Part shown: positions 39,054 through 48,616 of the stretch, piece after piece
How the letters are laid out: each line of letters begins with the position of its first letter
Numbering within the stretch: position 1 is the first letter of the stretch
Source: Candidatus Taylorbacteria bacterium RIFCSPHIGHO2_01_FULL_46_22b
GTDB lineage: Bacteria; Patescibacteriota; Minisyncoccia; Phycocordibacterales; DSPV01
Reading direction: 5' to 3'
DNA: 64,000 bases
Assembly (NCBI GenBank): GCA_001820875.1
Contig: MHRF01000010.1
Span: 3,371-67,370, forward strand
Program-made: the position numbers and the translations under genes
Notes under the pieces: generated by a model
The model's database searches: none
What the model was told of the DNA's origin: nothing
Seen by the model: the letters and a program-made list of their open reading frames with translations, nothing else

Positions 39054-41114
39054 GTGAAACATACGGTGAACTTCTTTGTCCCAAAAAAGTTGCGGATTTT
39101 AGTCGTCGTGGCGCTTATGTGTTTGCTCGCAGCGCCCGTTAATTTCCTGTTGTCTCCAAAAACGGCCGAGGCGCAAGGACTCGTTCCTACTGGAGACTGG
39201 CTCAACACAGTATTTCAGAGCATCACAAGCGCGGCGACCTATTATGAAGAGCTGAAAGAATCCGTTCTCGACGGTCTTGCGTGGTATGCGGCAAAAATAA
39301 TCATTGAACAAATGACCTCGGAACTCGTTAACTGGATCAATGGCGGAGGAAATGGCGATCCAGCATTTATCAGTGATCCTGCGGGATTCTTTTTGGGTGC
39401 AATTGAAGCGACTGCGGGAAATATTTTACACGACTCTCCACTTGGTTTTCTCTGCGATCCTTTAAAACCGTTTGAAGCGCAGATAAAAGTTACGTTAAGC
39501 AATCGCTATAATAAAAATACTTCGGGATCACTTAACAGAAAGAACTCTTCCTGCGGCATAGATGACATTAGGGATAATTTGTCGGGTTTTTACGCAGGCA
39601 ATAACAAAGGGAAAATAACCAGTTGGGACCAGTGGCTTTCCATTACCCAAATACCCTCAAACAATATTTATGGCGCAACAATCCAAGCAGAACTTGAAAT
39701 GGATGCAGCGATAGGAGGCACACAGTTTCTTAATAAGACAACTGCTGACTGGGGACAGGGATTCCAATCGCAGGGTGAATGTACGTTAGAGAGTGAGGAA
39801 ACGGGAGCATGTTTACAGTATGCAATCGTTACCCCCGGATCATTTATAAAAGATACGCTTACTAATCAACTCGGACTTAGTGGCGATTCCTTGGTGACAG
39901 CCGACGAGATCAGTGAAATTATCGGTGCGATAGTGACACAACTATTCAATAAAGTAGCTACGGGAGGGCTCGCAGGTCTCTCAAAAGGAGGCAACAGTGC
40001 GTATACCAATCAAATAAAGGTTGACAAAAACCCCGCAGCATCTGTTAAGGCAGACGGGAAAGTAACTAAACGAACCACGAACGGCAACGGTCAGCAGGTA
40101 GACGAAGATGTAGATACAACTGAATGGAACAACGCAAACAATGCGGTAAATACTGCAATAAGAAACGAATTTGACGTGCTGTACGAGGAAGAGAATGCGA
40201 GAGCGCAAGCAAATATCCCCACCGGTGGTGGATTTGCGATTGTGGGGACACAACAACCTCGACTCGATCTCCGGAATGCAACTGCTGACCAAATCTGTAC
40301 TGACGACTTCCCAGGTACCACCGGACTATTTATAGGTTCAGCTGACCAAGCGCTTGATGGTTCGGGTACCACTGCGTCGCTCGCTAATGGATGCACCGGC
40401 ACTCCTTACTGGTGGAATGTCACTATCCCAGCAGCAACCAAACTTGATAAAGTTGAAGTGCAAGTTAATAGTGGAAAATATGGACTTGCGGGATGGCCGC
40501 CAGCAGGAGGCGGGAACAACGCACCTCCTATAGGACCATTTCTCGCACTCTACCCTCAAAACACTGCTGGACAAACAACTATTGGGAGTTGGATTTGGAA
40601 TGCTTCAGCGGGACGTTTTGAAAAAAAGCTCACCTACACAGGAGCACTCATTCAAGAAGAGTTGCCGGAGGCCCTACGCAAGATACCTATTACCAAGATC
40701 CAAATTGAATCTAACCGACAAACGGGTGCAGACAGACCGGGCTTAAGTCTTTCAGAAGTCCGCGTCTTCCGCCATCTCCTCCCTGAAATTAATGCAAGTA
40801 AAGTTCCAACATCATTGACGCAAGTACAAGCAACAGACTTCGACCCGACACAAGCAGCGTGGATTACCGCTCAATACTATCCGCTCTATAGCAATCCTGC
40901 AGTACCGATTGATCAAGATAATATCCACGTGGTTATCACGGACACCGCCACTCAAACAGTGGTACAACCAACCAATACGGCCACAGGTACCTACACACTT
41001 CTTCCGGGTACCTATCAATTCTCATACACCGCGACATCACCTGCCTCTGACAATCAAACGAGCGAAACCGTGACTGGTACAGTGCGAGTTATCGCATCGC
41101 CAACAACTCCATAA
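39054..41114 (+). CDS. Large secreted hypothetical protein (first gene of T4SS-like operon)
   Basis: 686 aa. Signal/anchor LRILVVVALMCLLAAPVNFLLSPKTAEAQG. Thr/Gly/Asn-rich. Stop 2 nt before the next gene. Confidence 0.5.
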   Translation: MKHTVNFFVPKKLRILVVVALMCLLAAPVNFLLSPKTAEAQGLVPTGDWLNTVFQSITSAATYYEELKESVLDGLAWYAAKIIIEQMTSELVNWINGGGNGDPAFISDPAGFFLGAIEATAGNILHDSPLGFLCDPLKPFEAQIKVTLSNRYNKNTSGSLNRKNSSCGIDDIRDNLSGFYAGNNKGKITSWDQWLSITQIPSNNIYGATIQAELEMDAAIGGTQFLNKTTADWGQGFQSQGECTLESEETGACLQYAIVTPGSFIKDTLTNQLGLSGDSLVTADEISEIIGAIVTQLFNKVATGGLAGLSKGGNSAYTNQIKVDKNPAASVKADGKVTKRTTNGNGQQVDEDVDTTEWNNANNAVNTAIRNEFDVLYEEENARAQANIPTGGGFAIVGTQQPRLDLRNATADQICTDDFPGTTGLFIGSADQALDGSGTTASLANGCTGTPYWWNVTIPAATKLDKVEVQVNSGKYGLAGWPPAGGGNNAPPIGPFLALYPQNTAGQTTIGSWIWNASAGRFEKKLTYTGALIQEELPEALRKIPITKIQIESNRQTGADRPGLSLSEVRVFRHLLPEINASKVPTSLTQVQATDFDPTQAAWITAQYYPLYSNPAVPIDQDNIHVVITDTATQTVVQPTNTATGTYTLLPGTYQFSYTATSPASDNQTSETVTGTVRVIASPTTP

Positions 41115-41116
41115 CC

Positions 41117-44100
41117 ATGAAAAGATTCTTCTACAAAATAAACACCTTGCGATCCAAGATTACCTTGCGAAATGCCGTGGTTGTCGTGTTGTTACTTGCA
41201 CTTGTTTCTACCGTTGCACCACATCTGGAAGTAGGGACCGCACAAGCATTTACTGGATTCAGCCCCGCTTTAACTCAAGCTGTTGCAGGAGCAGTGGGGG
41301 CAGGCGCATCTGAAGTTGGCGAGAATGCCTCTATGTTAAGCAAGGTGTATGACGCCATCTCAACACTCACAAGTCCTCTAAACGCCCTGCAAACATTTTT
41401 CACTAAAGTTCTGGGGATTATTGTCCTCACTATTATGTCGCTCGTGGTCCGCATTTCTGCGGCCATTATGGAGGGTGCAATGTTTTTGACTGCCAACATG
41501 AGCGAAGTGCTTCGGGTTGTTCCCATGGTTGATATAGGATGGGCACTGTTCCGAGATCTTGCAAACATGGTATTCATATTCATCCTTCTCTACATCGCCA
41601 TCGCCACCATTTTGAACACTGAAACAAACACACGACAAATGCTTGTTGACGTGATCATTACAGCACTCCTCATCAACTTCTCACTCTTTCTCACCAAAGC
41701 AATGGTAGACGGTTCAAACATCGTTGCACTGATGTATTACAATAAAATGAACGCTGTCCAACCAGTAGGGGGAATAGCTCGAGCCTCGCAAGAAACCACC
41801 GTGAAGCTTTTTGGACAAGAGTTAGGAGGCCAGCTTTCTCACGGTCCGACACTGATACTAATAGATGCGCTCGGTATCGCAACATTCTACGATCCAGACG
41901 CTTTCAAACAAGCAGCCGCAACATCACAAACAAATCTCACCGAGGGATGGAATCAGTTCCTTCGGGCGGCAGGAGGAACTCCTGATGCACCGTACACGGA
42001 ACTTGCACGAGTTCTACTCGGAGCTGTATTGATGCTCATTGTTGCATTTGTGTTTGCAACTGCCGGTTTATTGTTGATCATCCGTATTATTGTACTTATG
42101 TTTTTGATGATGCTCGCTCCTCTGGCATTTGTCGCACGCATATTGCCACAAGCCAAAGGACAATGGGAAAAATGGTGGAGCACGTTAATGGCAAACCTTA
42201 TTTGGGCACCAATCTATTTTGCCATGCTGTATGTAATTCTCACCGCCATCAGAGGATTAAATCGAAGCGGCACACTTGCTGGCGGACTGGGGGGGCTTGA
42301 ATCAGATATGGGAAATCTCTTGGGGTACATCTTCATTATCGTTCTCCTCTCAATGACCATCATTATTGCCAAGCAACTCGGACTTCACGGGGGAGAGATG
42401 GTGCACAAATGGTCTGAAAATGCAGCTAAGTGGGCACGTGAAAAGGTTCGACAAGGTCAAGGAGTTGTCGGACGTCACACCATTGGACGTGCAGCTCGAT
42501 ATACAGAGGAAGCTGCTCATGAATCGCCATTCTGGAATAGCGTGGTGGGATCAAAGATTCGTGAATTTACTACACAACCCCTTGCAGATGCAAAGTTTGG
42601 CGGAACAATGTCCGCATGGCAAATGAAGGAAAAGGATAAGGTCCGCCAAACCGGTCAAGTAGAGGCCGAGCGTCTGCAAAAGTTCATGCATGAAGCCGAA
42701 AAAGGAGACGCCGCCAATCCACATGTGCTAGAAGACTTGGCTATCCGATTGGCCCCCCAAACACTTGCCCACACTGATATGAGATTCCTAAGGAAACTGC
42801 CTATCGGCATACTTCCCGACACACACTTCCAAGCGCTTATGGCATCGGATAAGGTACAAAAGGATAAAGACGAGCTCGCTCGCCTACGTCTCAAGCCTAT
42901 GCAGCTTGTTCGGGACAAAGTCAGAGCTCAAACGCTTGCCACTATTATGCTTCAACAACATCCCGAGTTAAAAGACACTTATTTCGAGGCGGACGGACTG
43001 AAGCTATTCAAGAAAAAAGACTTATTGGATGCAAAGCTTGCGGAAGGGAAGGCACTCGCAGATCTTCCTGTTGAAGAAAGACTGTCACCAGCAGAAGAAA
43101 CCTTACTTGCCGAAATGAAATCAAGAGGTATTTCGTGGTCAGCAAAAGAAGAAAAAGCATTTGATCCTGCGTTCGAATTTATACGTGCCAAAAATCCAAA
43201 AGAACTTGGGCAGTTAAACCGTGTCGATCCAGACGCTATAAATGAGCTGGCACCTATCTTAAATTGGTCCCAGTTAGATCCTTTGCGTAAAAGCGACGAC
43301 ATTACCTTCAAACAACGCAACGGACGTGATGGGGGACAATTGCGCGATTACAAGGATCGAATGTTGCTTGATGCGTTAGCCATCGAATATGGGGTATCCC
43401 TCACTGATGCTAACGGAAAACTACGTACGCTTGAAGAGCGCTACGACGATTTTATGAAAGTAAACGGTCTGCTCCGCAAGAAAGTGCGCCAGTTTGGGGT
43501 TGAGTCGATTGAAAATGCGGCGCACTCAAAACACAGCGAATATACCCAAAAAGACATCGATCTGTGGGGTAAATTGAAAGCAATAAGCCCTGCACAAAGA
43601 GATATTGCCCGCCACCTGTTTGAGCAACACCACGAGGGACGGAGTGACTCGGAGCTTACTAAGGGGCGTACTTATCAGCGAAATGACGCAATTAACTTTG
43701 CATCACTCGGAGCTGGTTCAGTACCTTTCCTCATAGATCGAGACAACGACAAGAAAGAGGAACAGGGAGGACAACTGCTAACAGCTATTGCAGAAGATAA
43801 TTTGACGGAACAAAACAAGGAATTCCTTGCCAAGGTGTGGTGGGATCGCGATGCAGATAAATACCTGAAAAATTGGGAGGAGATTGCTCGACGGAATGGG
43901 TGGGAAAACAATGAAAGAGTCAAACTCGCGTTAAAATGGAAAAATGAGGGGGAAGCAGGCAAGAAAAAGTTTAAAGAAGCGGTTAAAGCCATTAAGCATA
44001 CGGATTTCTTTGCGGGTTCAACAACAACCGGAGGAACTAAGTGGGATGAGTTAATTGCAGAGGATGCACCGGCAACTGGAGGCGCAGGAGGCAGGGGAGG

Positions 44101-44254
44101 AGCTGCTGCAGCGCCAGCCGGGAGACCGAGAGTGGCTCCGCCAGCATCAGGGACACCACCACTGCGCGTAAACCGAGGAGGACAAAGTGGAGCAAACCAG
44201 CAAGGACAACAAAATCAATCGGGTCAAAATCCGACTGGAACAAATAATCCTTAA
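41117..44254 (+). CDS. VirB6/TrbL-like polytopic membrane protein with long hydrophilic C-terminal domain
   Basis: 1045 aa. At least 6 TM helices in the first ~450 aa (e.g. LGIIVLTIMSLVVRISAAI, MVFIFILLYIAIATIL, LLGAVLMLIVAFVFATAGLLLIIRIIVLMFLMMLAPLAF). A charged ~500-aa tail ends in a Gly/Gln-rich low-complexity region. This architecture is typical of VirB6/TrbL in Gram-positive-type T4SS. Confidence 0.55.
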   Translation: MKRFFYKINTLRSKITLRNAVVVVLLLALVSTVAPHLEVGTAQAFTGFSPALTQAVAGAVGAGASEVGENASMLSKVYDAISTLTSPLNALQTFFTKVLGIIVLTIMSLVVRISAAIMEGAMFLTANMSEVLRVVPMVDIGWALFRDLANMVFIFILLYIAIATILNTETNTRQMLVDVIITALLINFSLFLTKAMVDGSNIVALMYYNKMNAVQPVGGIARASQETTVKLFGQELGGQLSHGPTLILIDALGIATFYDPDAFKQAAATSQTNLTEGWNQFLRAAGGTPDAPYTELARVLLGAVLMLIVAFVFATAGLLLIIRIIVLMFLMMLAPLAFVARILPQAKGQWEKWWSTLMANLIWAPIYFAMLYVILTAIRGLNRSGTLAGGLGGLESDMGNLLGYIFIIVLLSMTIIIAKQLGLHGGEMVHKWSENAAKWAREKVRQGQGVVGRHTIGRAARYTEEAAHESPFWNSVVGSKIREFTTQPLADAKFGGTMSAWQMKEKDKVRQTGQVEAERLQKFMHEAEKGDAANPHVLEDLAIRLAPQTLAHTDMRFLRKLPIGILPDTHFQALMASDKVQKDKDELARLRLKPMQLVRDKVRAQTLATIMLQQHPELKDTYFEADGLKLFKKKDLLDAKLAEGKALADLPVEERLSPAEETLLAEMKSRGISWSAKEEKAFDPAFEFIRAKNPKELGQLNRVDPDAINELAPILNWSQLDPLRKSDDITFKQRNGRDGGQLRDYKDRMLLDALAIEYGVSLTDANGKLRTLEERYDDFMKVNGLLRKKVRQFGVESIENAAHSKHSEYTQKDIDLWGKLKAISPAQRDIARHLFEQHHEGRSDSELTKGRTYQRNDAINFASLGAGSVPFLIDRDNDKKEEQGGQLLTAIAEDNLTEQNKEFLAKVWWDRDADKYLKNWEEIARRNGWENNERVKLALKWKNEGEAGKKKFKEAVKAIKHTDFFAGSTTTGGTKWDELIAEDAPATGGAGGRGGAAAAPAGRPRVAPPASGTPPLRVNRGGQSGANQQGQQNQSGQNPTGTNNP

Positions 44255-44259
44255 AAACC

Positions 44260-45207
44260 ATGGATGCTGAAAAACGAAAATTACTGGACGAAAAATTCTA
44301 CTTGCTTGCAAAACCCTTGCAGGACGTGATTCTTGATGAAGACGAGAAACTAGAAACTACAGTTGATCTCATAGTACAGAAGTACAAACTTGAACTCGAT
44401 ACTGCACGAATACTGGACGATGAAATCGTTATGGTACTTGGTGGATTTACCAACCCTAAGGACTTTATACGAGCACTTAGTGGAAAACTTGGGACAGATG
44501 CAAGTAAAGCACCCGCAATTGCGCAAGAGATAAACGAAAAAATATTCCGCGCGGTCAAAGACGACCTGCAAAATCTCTATGGACTTCCTATCCCGAAACA
44601 ACCTCAACAAAAACCTTCGCTTGCCACCGAACTTGAAGAAGATGTTGGGCTACGAAAACAACTAGAGCAGGCAAAATCTGCTGAACAGAAACGACCTCTG
44701 TCGGCAGTGTTACAAGATGCGTTACGTGCAGGAGGAAAAGAGACTGAATCTGGAATAACGAATAATGAATTTAGGGAAGAGCAAAATTCAAAATTCAAAA
44801 TTCAAAATTCTGCTAATGAAATTGAACCTCTGCGTACTATGGAACGTGATATGGAATCCGTACGGCATACTGGAACTTCCCGTCCAAGACCAGCGTTTAT
44901 ACCTCCAACTCCAAGAGACAGAGAATCTGGAATAACGAATAATGAATTTAGGGAAGAGCAACTAAAAGAAGAGAAGCCTCCGGTCCCACCAAAACCCCCA
45001 GCTTCTACACCCTTTACCCAAAGCCCAAGACTTCCAGTCCCTCCGCCACCACGTGCACCGAGACAAGAACCCGCCGAAGAGCCCGAGGAGCAACTGAGTC
45101 GCGAAGATATCTTGCGTGGCATTGAAGATCCATCGAGTATTCCACGCGACCGTACCAATAACTCGCCGGTGTACAACGCGGATCCGTATAGAGAACCCAC
45201 AGAGTAG
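44260..45207 (+). CDS. Proline-rich repeat protein (T4SS-like operon)
   Basis: 315 aa. A 39-bp perfect direct repeat encodes ESGITNNEFREEQ twice. A (caaaatt)x4 heptanucleotide tract sits at 44782-44809. The C-terminus is Pro-rich (PPVPPKPPASTPFTQSPRLPVPPPPRAP). Confidence 0.5.
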   Translation: MDAEKRKLLDEKFYLLAKPLQDVILDEDEKLETTVDLIVQKYKLELDTARILDDEIVMVLGGFTNPKDFIRALSGKLGTDASKAPAIAQEINEKIFRAVKDDLQNLYGLPIPKQPQQKPSLATELEEDVGLRKQLEQAKSAEQKRPLSAVLQDALRAGGKETESGITNNEFREEQNSKFKIQNSANEIEPLRTMERDMESVRHTGTSRPRPAFIPPTPRDRESGITNNEFREEQLKEEKPPVPPKPPASTPFTQSPRLPVPPPPRAPRQEPAEEPEEQLSREDILRGIEDPSSIPRDRTNNSPVYNADPYREPTE

Positions 45208-45212
45208 GGGGA

Positions 45213-45232
45213 AGCGAAGAGCGACTAGCGAG
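45213..45232. repeat. IR motif copy 1 (agcgaagagcgactagcgag)
   Basis: Near-copy (3 mismatches in 20) of 45704-45723; inverted relative to 45269-45284. Confidence 0.5.
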
Positions 45233-45268
45233 CAGAAAAGTTAGTTGTTACACTTGGTAGTACTATTC

Positions 45269-45284
45269 GCTAATCGCTTTTCAC
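45269..45284. repeat. IR motif copy 2 (gctaatcgcttttcac)
   Basis: One mismatch to 46103-46118; reverse complement of the agcgaaaagcgattag motif. Confidence 0.5.
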
Positions 45285-45297
45285 TTGTCGCTACGTT

Positions 45298-45705
45298 ATG
45301 CGCTTTCAAGTCCCACAATTTATTGAGATAGAAGATAAGGTATTTGGACCATTTACCTTTAAGCAATTCGTATATATCGCCGGCGGAACAGGTATCTGCT
45401 TTCTGCTCTTATATACACTGCCGAGATTTCTCGCGATCATAGCGGTTATCCCTGTCGCCGCACTTTCCCTTGCGCTCGCCTTTTACCGAATAAACAACAA
45501 ACCGTTCGTGCAAATGGTGGAAGCTTTCTTCAGATACATTATCGGCACACGTCTCTATTTGTGGCACAGAACAGATAAACAAGTAACCGGAAAAGCACCG
45601 CTCGCTCGGCAATACGAACAAATAAAAATCCCTACGCTCGAAGGAAGCAAACTAAAAGATATTCAGTGGAGTTTGGGAGTGAAGAAAGATGGAGTTAGCG
45701 AATAG
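45298..45705 (+). CDS. PrgI/VirB3-like small membrane protein
   Basis: 135 aa with two adjacent TM helices (YIAGGTGICFLLLYTL; FLAIIAVIPVAALSLALAFY), positioned directly upstream of the VirB4-family ATPase as in Gram-positive conjugation loci. Confidence 0.5.
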   Translation: MRFQVPQFIEIEDKVFGPFTFKQFVYIAGGTGICFLLLYTLPRFLAIIAVIPVAALSLALAFYRINNKPFVQMVEAFFRYIIGTRLYLWHRTDKQVTGKAPLARQYEQIKIPTLEGSKLKDIQWSLGVKKDGVSE

Positions 45706-45719
45706 CGAAAAGCGATTAG
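45704..45719. repeat. IR motif copy 3 (agcgaaaagcgattag)
   Basis: Perfect 16-bp inverted repeat with 46103-46118, flanking the four-helix-bundle gene. Overlaps the stop of the PrgI-like gene. Confidence 0.6.
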
Positions 45720-45740
45720 AGAGCAAAAATACTGAAAAAT

Positions 45741-46106
45741 GTGCCGAAACTAAAGACATACAAGGAGTTAATCGTATGGCAGAAATCAGTGACAATTGTT
45801 GAACATGTGTATACACTCACCAAAAACTTCCCTAAGGATGAAATATACGGACTGACTAGCCAGATGAGACGAGCGGCAATTTCTATACCATCTAATATCG
45901 CGGAGGGATGGTCGCGAGAAACTCGAGGAGATTTTGCCTATTTCTTGAGAATCGCCCGCGGATCTAGTTCAGAACTCGAAACTCAACTAGAAATTAGCCA
46001 GCGATTAACGCTTATAACCGATACACGTTATAATGAAGTGAGTGAATTGCTTTCTGAAGTATCACGCATGTTGAATGCAATCTTGCGTAAATTACCTAAT
46101 CGCTAA
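45741..46106 (+). CDS. Four-helix-bundle protein of the 23S-rRNA-IVS-protein / DGR Avd family
   Basis: 121 aa. LIVWQKSVTIVEHVYTLTKNFPKDEIYGLTSQMRRAAISIPSNIAEGWSRETRGDFAYFLRIARGSSSELETQLEISQRL matches the GLTSQ.RRAA.SIPSNIAEG...DF..FL.IA.GS..ELETQL signature. Confidence 0.8.
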   Translation: MPKLKTYKELIVWQKSVTIVEHVYTLTKNFPKDEIYGLTSQMRRAAISIPSNIAEGWSRETRGDFAYFLRIARGSSSELETQLEISQRLTLITDTRYNEVSELLSEVSRMLNAILRKLPNR

Positions 46107-46118
46107 TCGCTTTTCGCT
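46103..46118. repeat. IR motif copy 4 (ctaatcgcttttcgct)
   Basis: Perfect reverse complement of 45704-45719. Confidence 0.6.
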
Positions 46119-46126
46119 TTTTCCCT

Positions 46127-46774
46127 ATGGCAGCATCTTCAAAATCATCACAGGAGTTTGTCCCCGTTAAAGAAGTTCGAGACGGCGTATTGGTCCTGCA
46201 GGATAATTCACTCCGAGCGGTTCTGATGGTTTCCTCTATTAATTTTGCTCTCCAATCGGAAGAAAGCCAGACGGCTATCGTGGCTCAATTCCAAAATTTC
46301 CTAAACTCCCTAGACTTTTCTGTCGAAATTTCCATGCAGTCCCGAAAGATGGATATAAAACCTTACCTTTCTCTCCTTGAGGAACGGTACCAGAAGCAAC
46401 AGAGCGAGCTTATGAAAATACAAACTCGAGAGTATATAGAGTTCATCAAAACCTTTACAGACAATACAAATATTATGACGAAGACATTCTTCATAACTGT
46501 CCCGTATGGTGCAACCATGGTTTCGCTCAAGAAAAACCCTCTGGAAACAATCAGCGGGTTTGTAAGAAAATCTGATACATCTAAAAAAACCAAAGGGGAA
46601 GTTGATGAATTCGAGGAACACAAAGAACAATTGCAACAACGTCTTGCGGTAGTAGAACAAGGGTTAGTCCGATGCGGTCTTAAAACCGCTCGGCTCGGAT
46701 CAGAAGAACTTATCGAACTCTTTTACAGACTTTTCAACCCCGGAGAGGCACAACAGCGAATACCGACTTCATAA
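46127..46774 (+). CDS. VirB4/TraE-family conjugative ATPase, N-terminal domain (upstream of in-frame TAA)
   Basis: VPVKEVRDGVLVLQDNSLRAVLMVSSINFALQSEESQTAIVAQFQNFLNSLDFSVEISMQSRKMD matches the N-terminal domain of Gram-positive VirB4 homologues (PrgJ/TraE/TcpF type). Ends at TAA 46772-46774, in the same frame as the next ORF. Confidence 0.7.
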   Translation: MAASSKSSQEFVPVKEVRDGVLVLQDNSLRAVLMVSSINFALQSEESQTAIVAQFQNFLNSLDFSVEISMQSRKMDIKPYLSLLEERYQKQQSELMKIQTREYIEFIKTFTDNTNIMTKTFFITVPYGATMVSLKKNPLETISGFVRKSDTSKKTKGEVDEFEEHKEQLQQRLAVVEQGLVRCGLKTARLGSEELIELFYRLFNPGEAQQRIPTS

Positions 46775-46780
46775 AAATTT

Positions 46781-48610
46781 ATGGGCATTTTTGACTTTTT
46801 AAAAAAGAAAGAGCAGGCACTACCGTCGATTCTCCCTGGGGAAATCTATGAGGCAGCTTCGCTTGAACTCAAAGATATTATCGCTCCGGGGGCACTCAAA
46901 ATCAGTCCTCGTCAGCTAAACTTGGGGGAGAAAATAGCACGAACATTCTTTGTGGTTTCCTATCCGCGTTATCTCAATGACAACTGGTTCTCACCGGTCA
47001 TCAACCTCGACAAAGTATTTGACATCGCTATCCACGTACATCCGATAGACACTTCGACAATTCTCCGAACATTCCAAAAGAAGGTGGCCGAGGTACAAAG
47101 CCAAATCTCCATGCGCGAAGACAAGGGGTTGGTGCGCGATCCCAAACTCGACACGGCTTACCAAGATCTGGAACAGTTGCGAGATTCGCTCCAGCAAGCG
47201 CAGGAAAAACTATTTGAAGTCGGATTGTATGTCACTCTGTATGGAAGTACCGAGGAGGAATTGACCAAATTGGAAACCGAAATAAAAACCATGCTCGACG
47301 CACGCCTAGTGTATCTAAAACCCGCGCTCTTTCAGCAAGAACAAGGTTTTATAAGCACGGTGCCCTTGGGGGACGACCAACTGCTGGTACACAACAAACT
47401 CAACACGTCTCCGCTATCAAGTATTTTCCCTTTTGTATCGTTCGACCTCACGTCAGACAAAGGAATATTGTATGGTATCAATCGACATAACGCCTCTCTC
47501 GTGCTGTTCGATCGATTTTCACTTGAGAACTACAACTCAATCACATTCGCGAAATCCGGATCAGGAAAATCGTACGCAACCAAACTTGAAATCTTACGCA
47601 CACTTATGTTTGATGCTGATGTGATTGTCATCGATCCCGAACGCGAGTATGAACACCTTGCGGAAGTTACCGGCGGGAAATATTTCAATATTTCGCTCAA
47701 TTCAGAACATCACATAAATCCCTTCGATCTTCCACCCACACGGGAAGGGGAATCGGCGGCAGACGTACTTCGATCAAACATAATCAACCTTGTCGGCCTG
47801 TTTCGAATCATGCTCGGCGGGCTTTCGCCTGAAGAAGATGCGCTGATTGATCGCGCGATTACCGAAACATACGCCCTGAAAGATATTACTCCTGACAGTG
47901 ATTTCTCAAAAATGTCCGCGCCATTGATGTCAGATTTTGAAATGGTACTTTCCGGTATGGACGGTAGCACATCACTCGTGCAGAAACTTTCGAAGTACAC
48001 CAAGGGTACGTGGTCAGGTTTCATCAACCAACCGTCAAACGTCAATATCAATGATCGGTTTATTGTATTCTCCGTGCGAGATATGGAAGACGAACTTAAA
48101 CCAGTCGCCATGTACATTGTCATGCACTTTATTTGGAATGCAATTAGACAGAATCTCCGCAAGCGCCTCCTCGTCATCGACGAAGCATGGTGGATGATGA
48201 AATCAGAAGACACTGCTTCGTTTCTTTTGTCGCTTGCGAAACGTGGGCGCAAATATTTTTTGGGACTTGCCACTATCACTCAAGATGTTGATGATTTCCT
48301 CCGATCCCCCTACGGCCTCCCGATACTCACCAACTCATCAATTCAGATGCTCCTGAAACAATCACCGACCTCTATTGAACGCATCAAAGAAGTGTTTAGT
48401 CTTACCGACGAAGAAAAATACCTTCTGCTTGAATCGGATGTCGGAGAGGGAATCTTCTTTGTTGGACTCAAACATGTAGCCATAAAAATAATCGCATCAT
48501 ACACCGAAGATCAAATCATCACCTCTGATCCTTCACAACTCTTGGCAATTAAAAAAGCAAAAAAAGAGTTTCTTGCACAAGGAGGAGATAGCGGTACTCC
48601 TCTCAATTAA
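46781..48610 (+). CDS. VirB4/TraE-family conjugative ATPase, central and ATPase domains (downstream of in-frame TAA)
   Basis: IAPGALKISPRQLNLGEKIARTFFVVSYPRYL (conserved VirB4 block), Walker A ITFAKSGSGKSYATK and Walker B LLVIDEAWWMM. Frame identical to 46127..46774, separated only by TAA-AAA-TTT. Confidence 0.8.
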   Translation: MGIFDFLKKKEQALPSILPGEIYEAASLELKDIIAPGALKISPRQLNLGEKIARTFFVVSYPRYLNDNWFSPVINLDKVFDIAIHVHPIDTSTILRTFQKKVAEVQSQISMREDKGLVRDPKLDTAYQDLEQLRDSLQQAQEKLFEVGLYVTLYGSTEEELTKLETEIKTMLDARLVYLKPALFQQEQGFISTVPLGDDQLLVHNKLNTSPLSSIFPFVSFDLTSDKGILYGINRHNASLVLFDRFSLENYNSITFAKSGSGKSYATKLEILRTLMFDADVIVIDPEREYEHLAEVTGGKYFNISLNSEHHINPFDLPPTREGESAADVLRSNIINLVGLFRIMLGGLSPEEDALIDRAITETYALKDITPDSDFSKMSAPLMSDFEMVLSGMDGSTSLVQKLSKYTKGTWSGFINQPSNVNINDRFIVFSVRDMEDELKPVAMYIVMHFIWNAIRQNLRKRLLVIDEAWWMMKSEDTASFLLSLAKRGRKYFLGLATITQDVDDFLRSPYGLPILTNSSIQMLLKQSPTSIERIKEVFSLTDEEKYLLLESDVGEGIFFVGLKHVAIKIIASYTEDQIITSDPSQLLAIKKAKKEFLAQGGDSGTPLN

Positions 48611-48616
48611 TCAACC

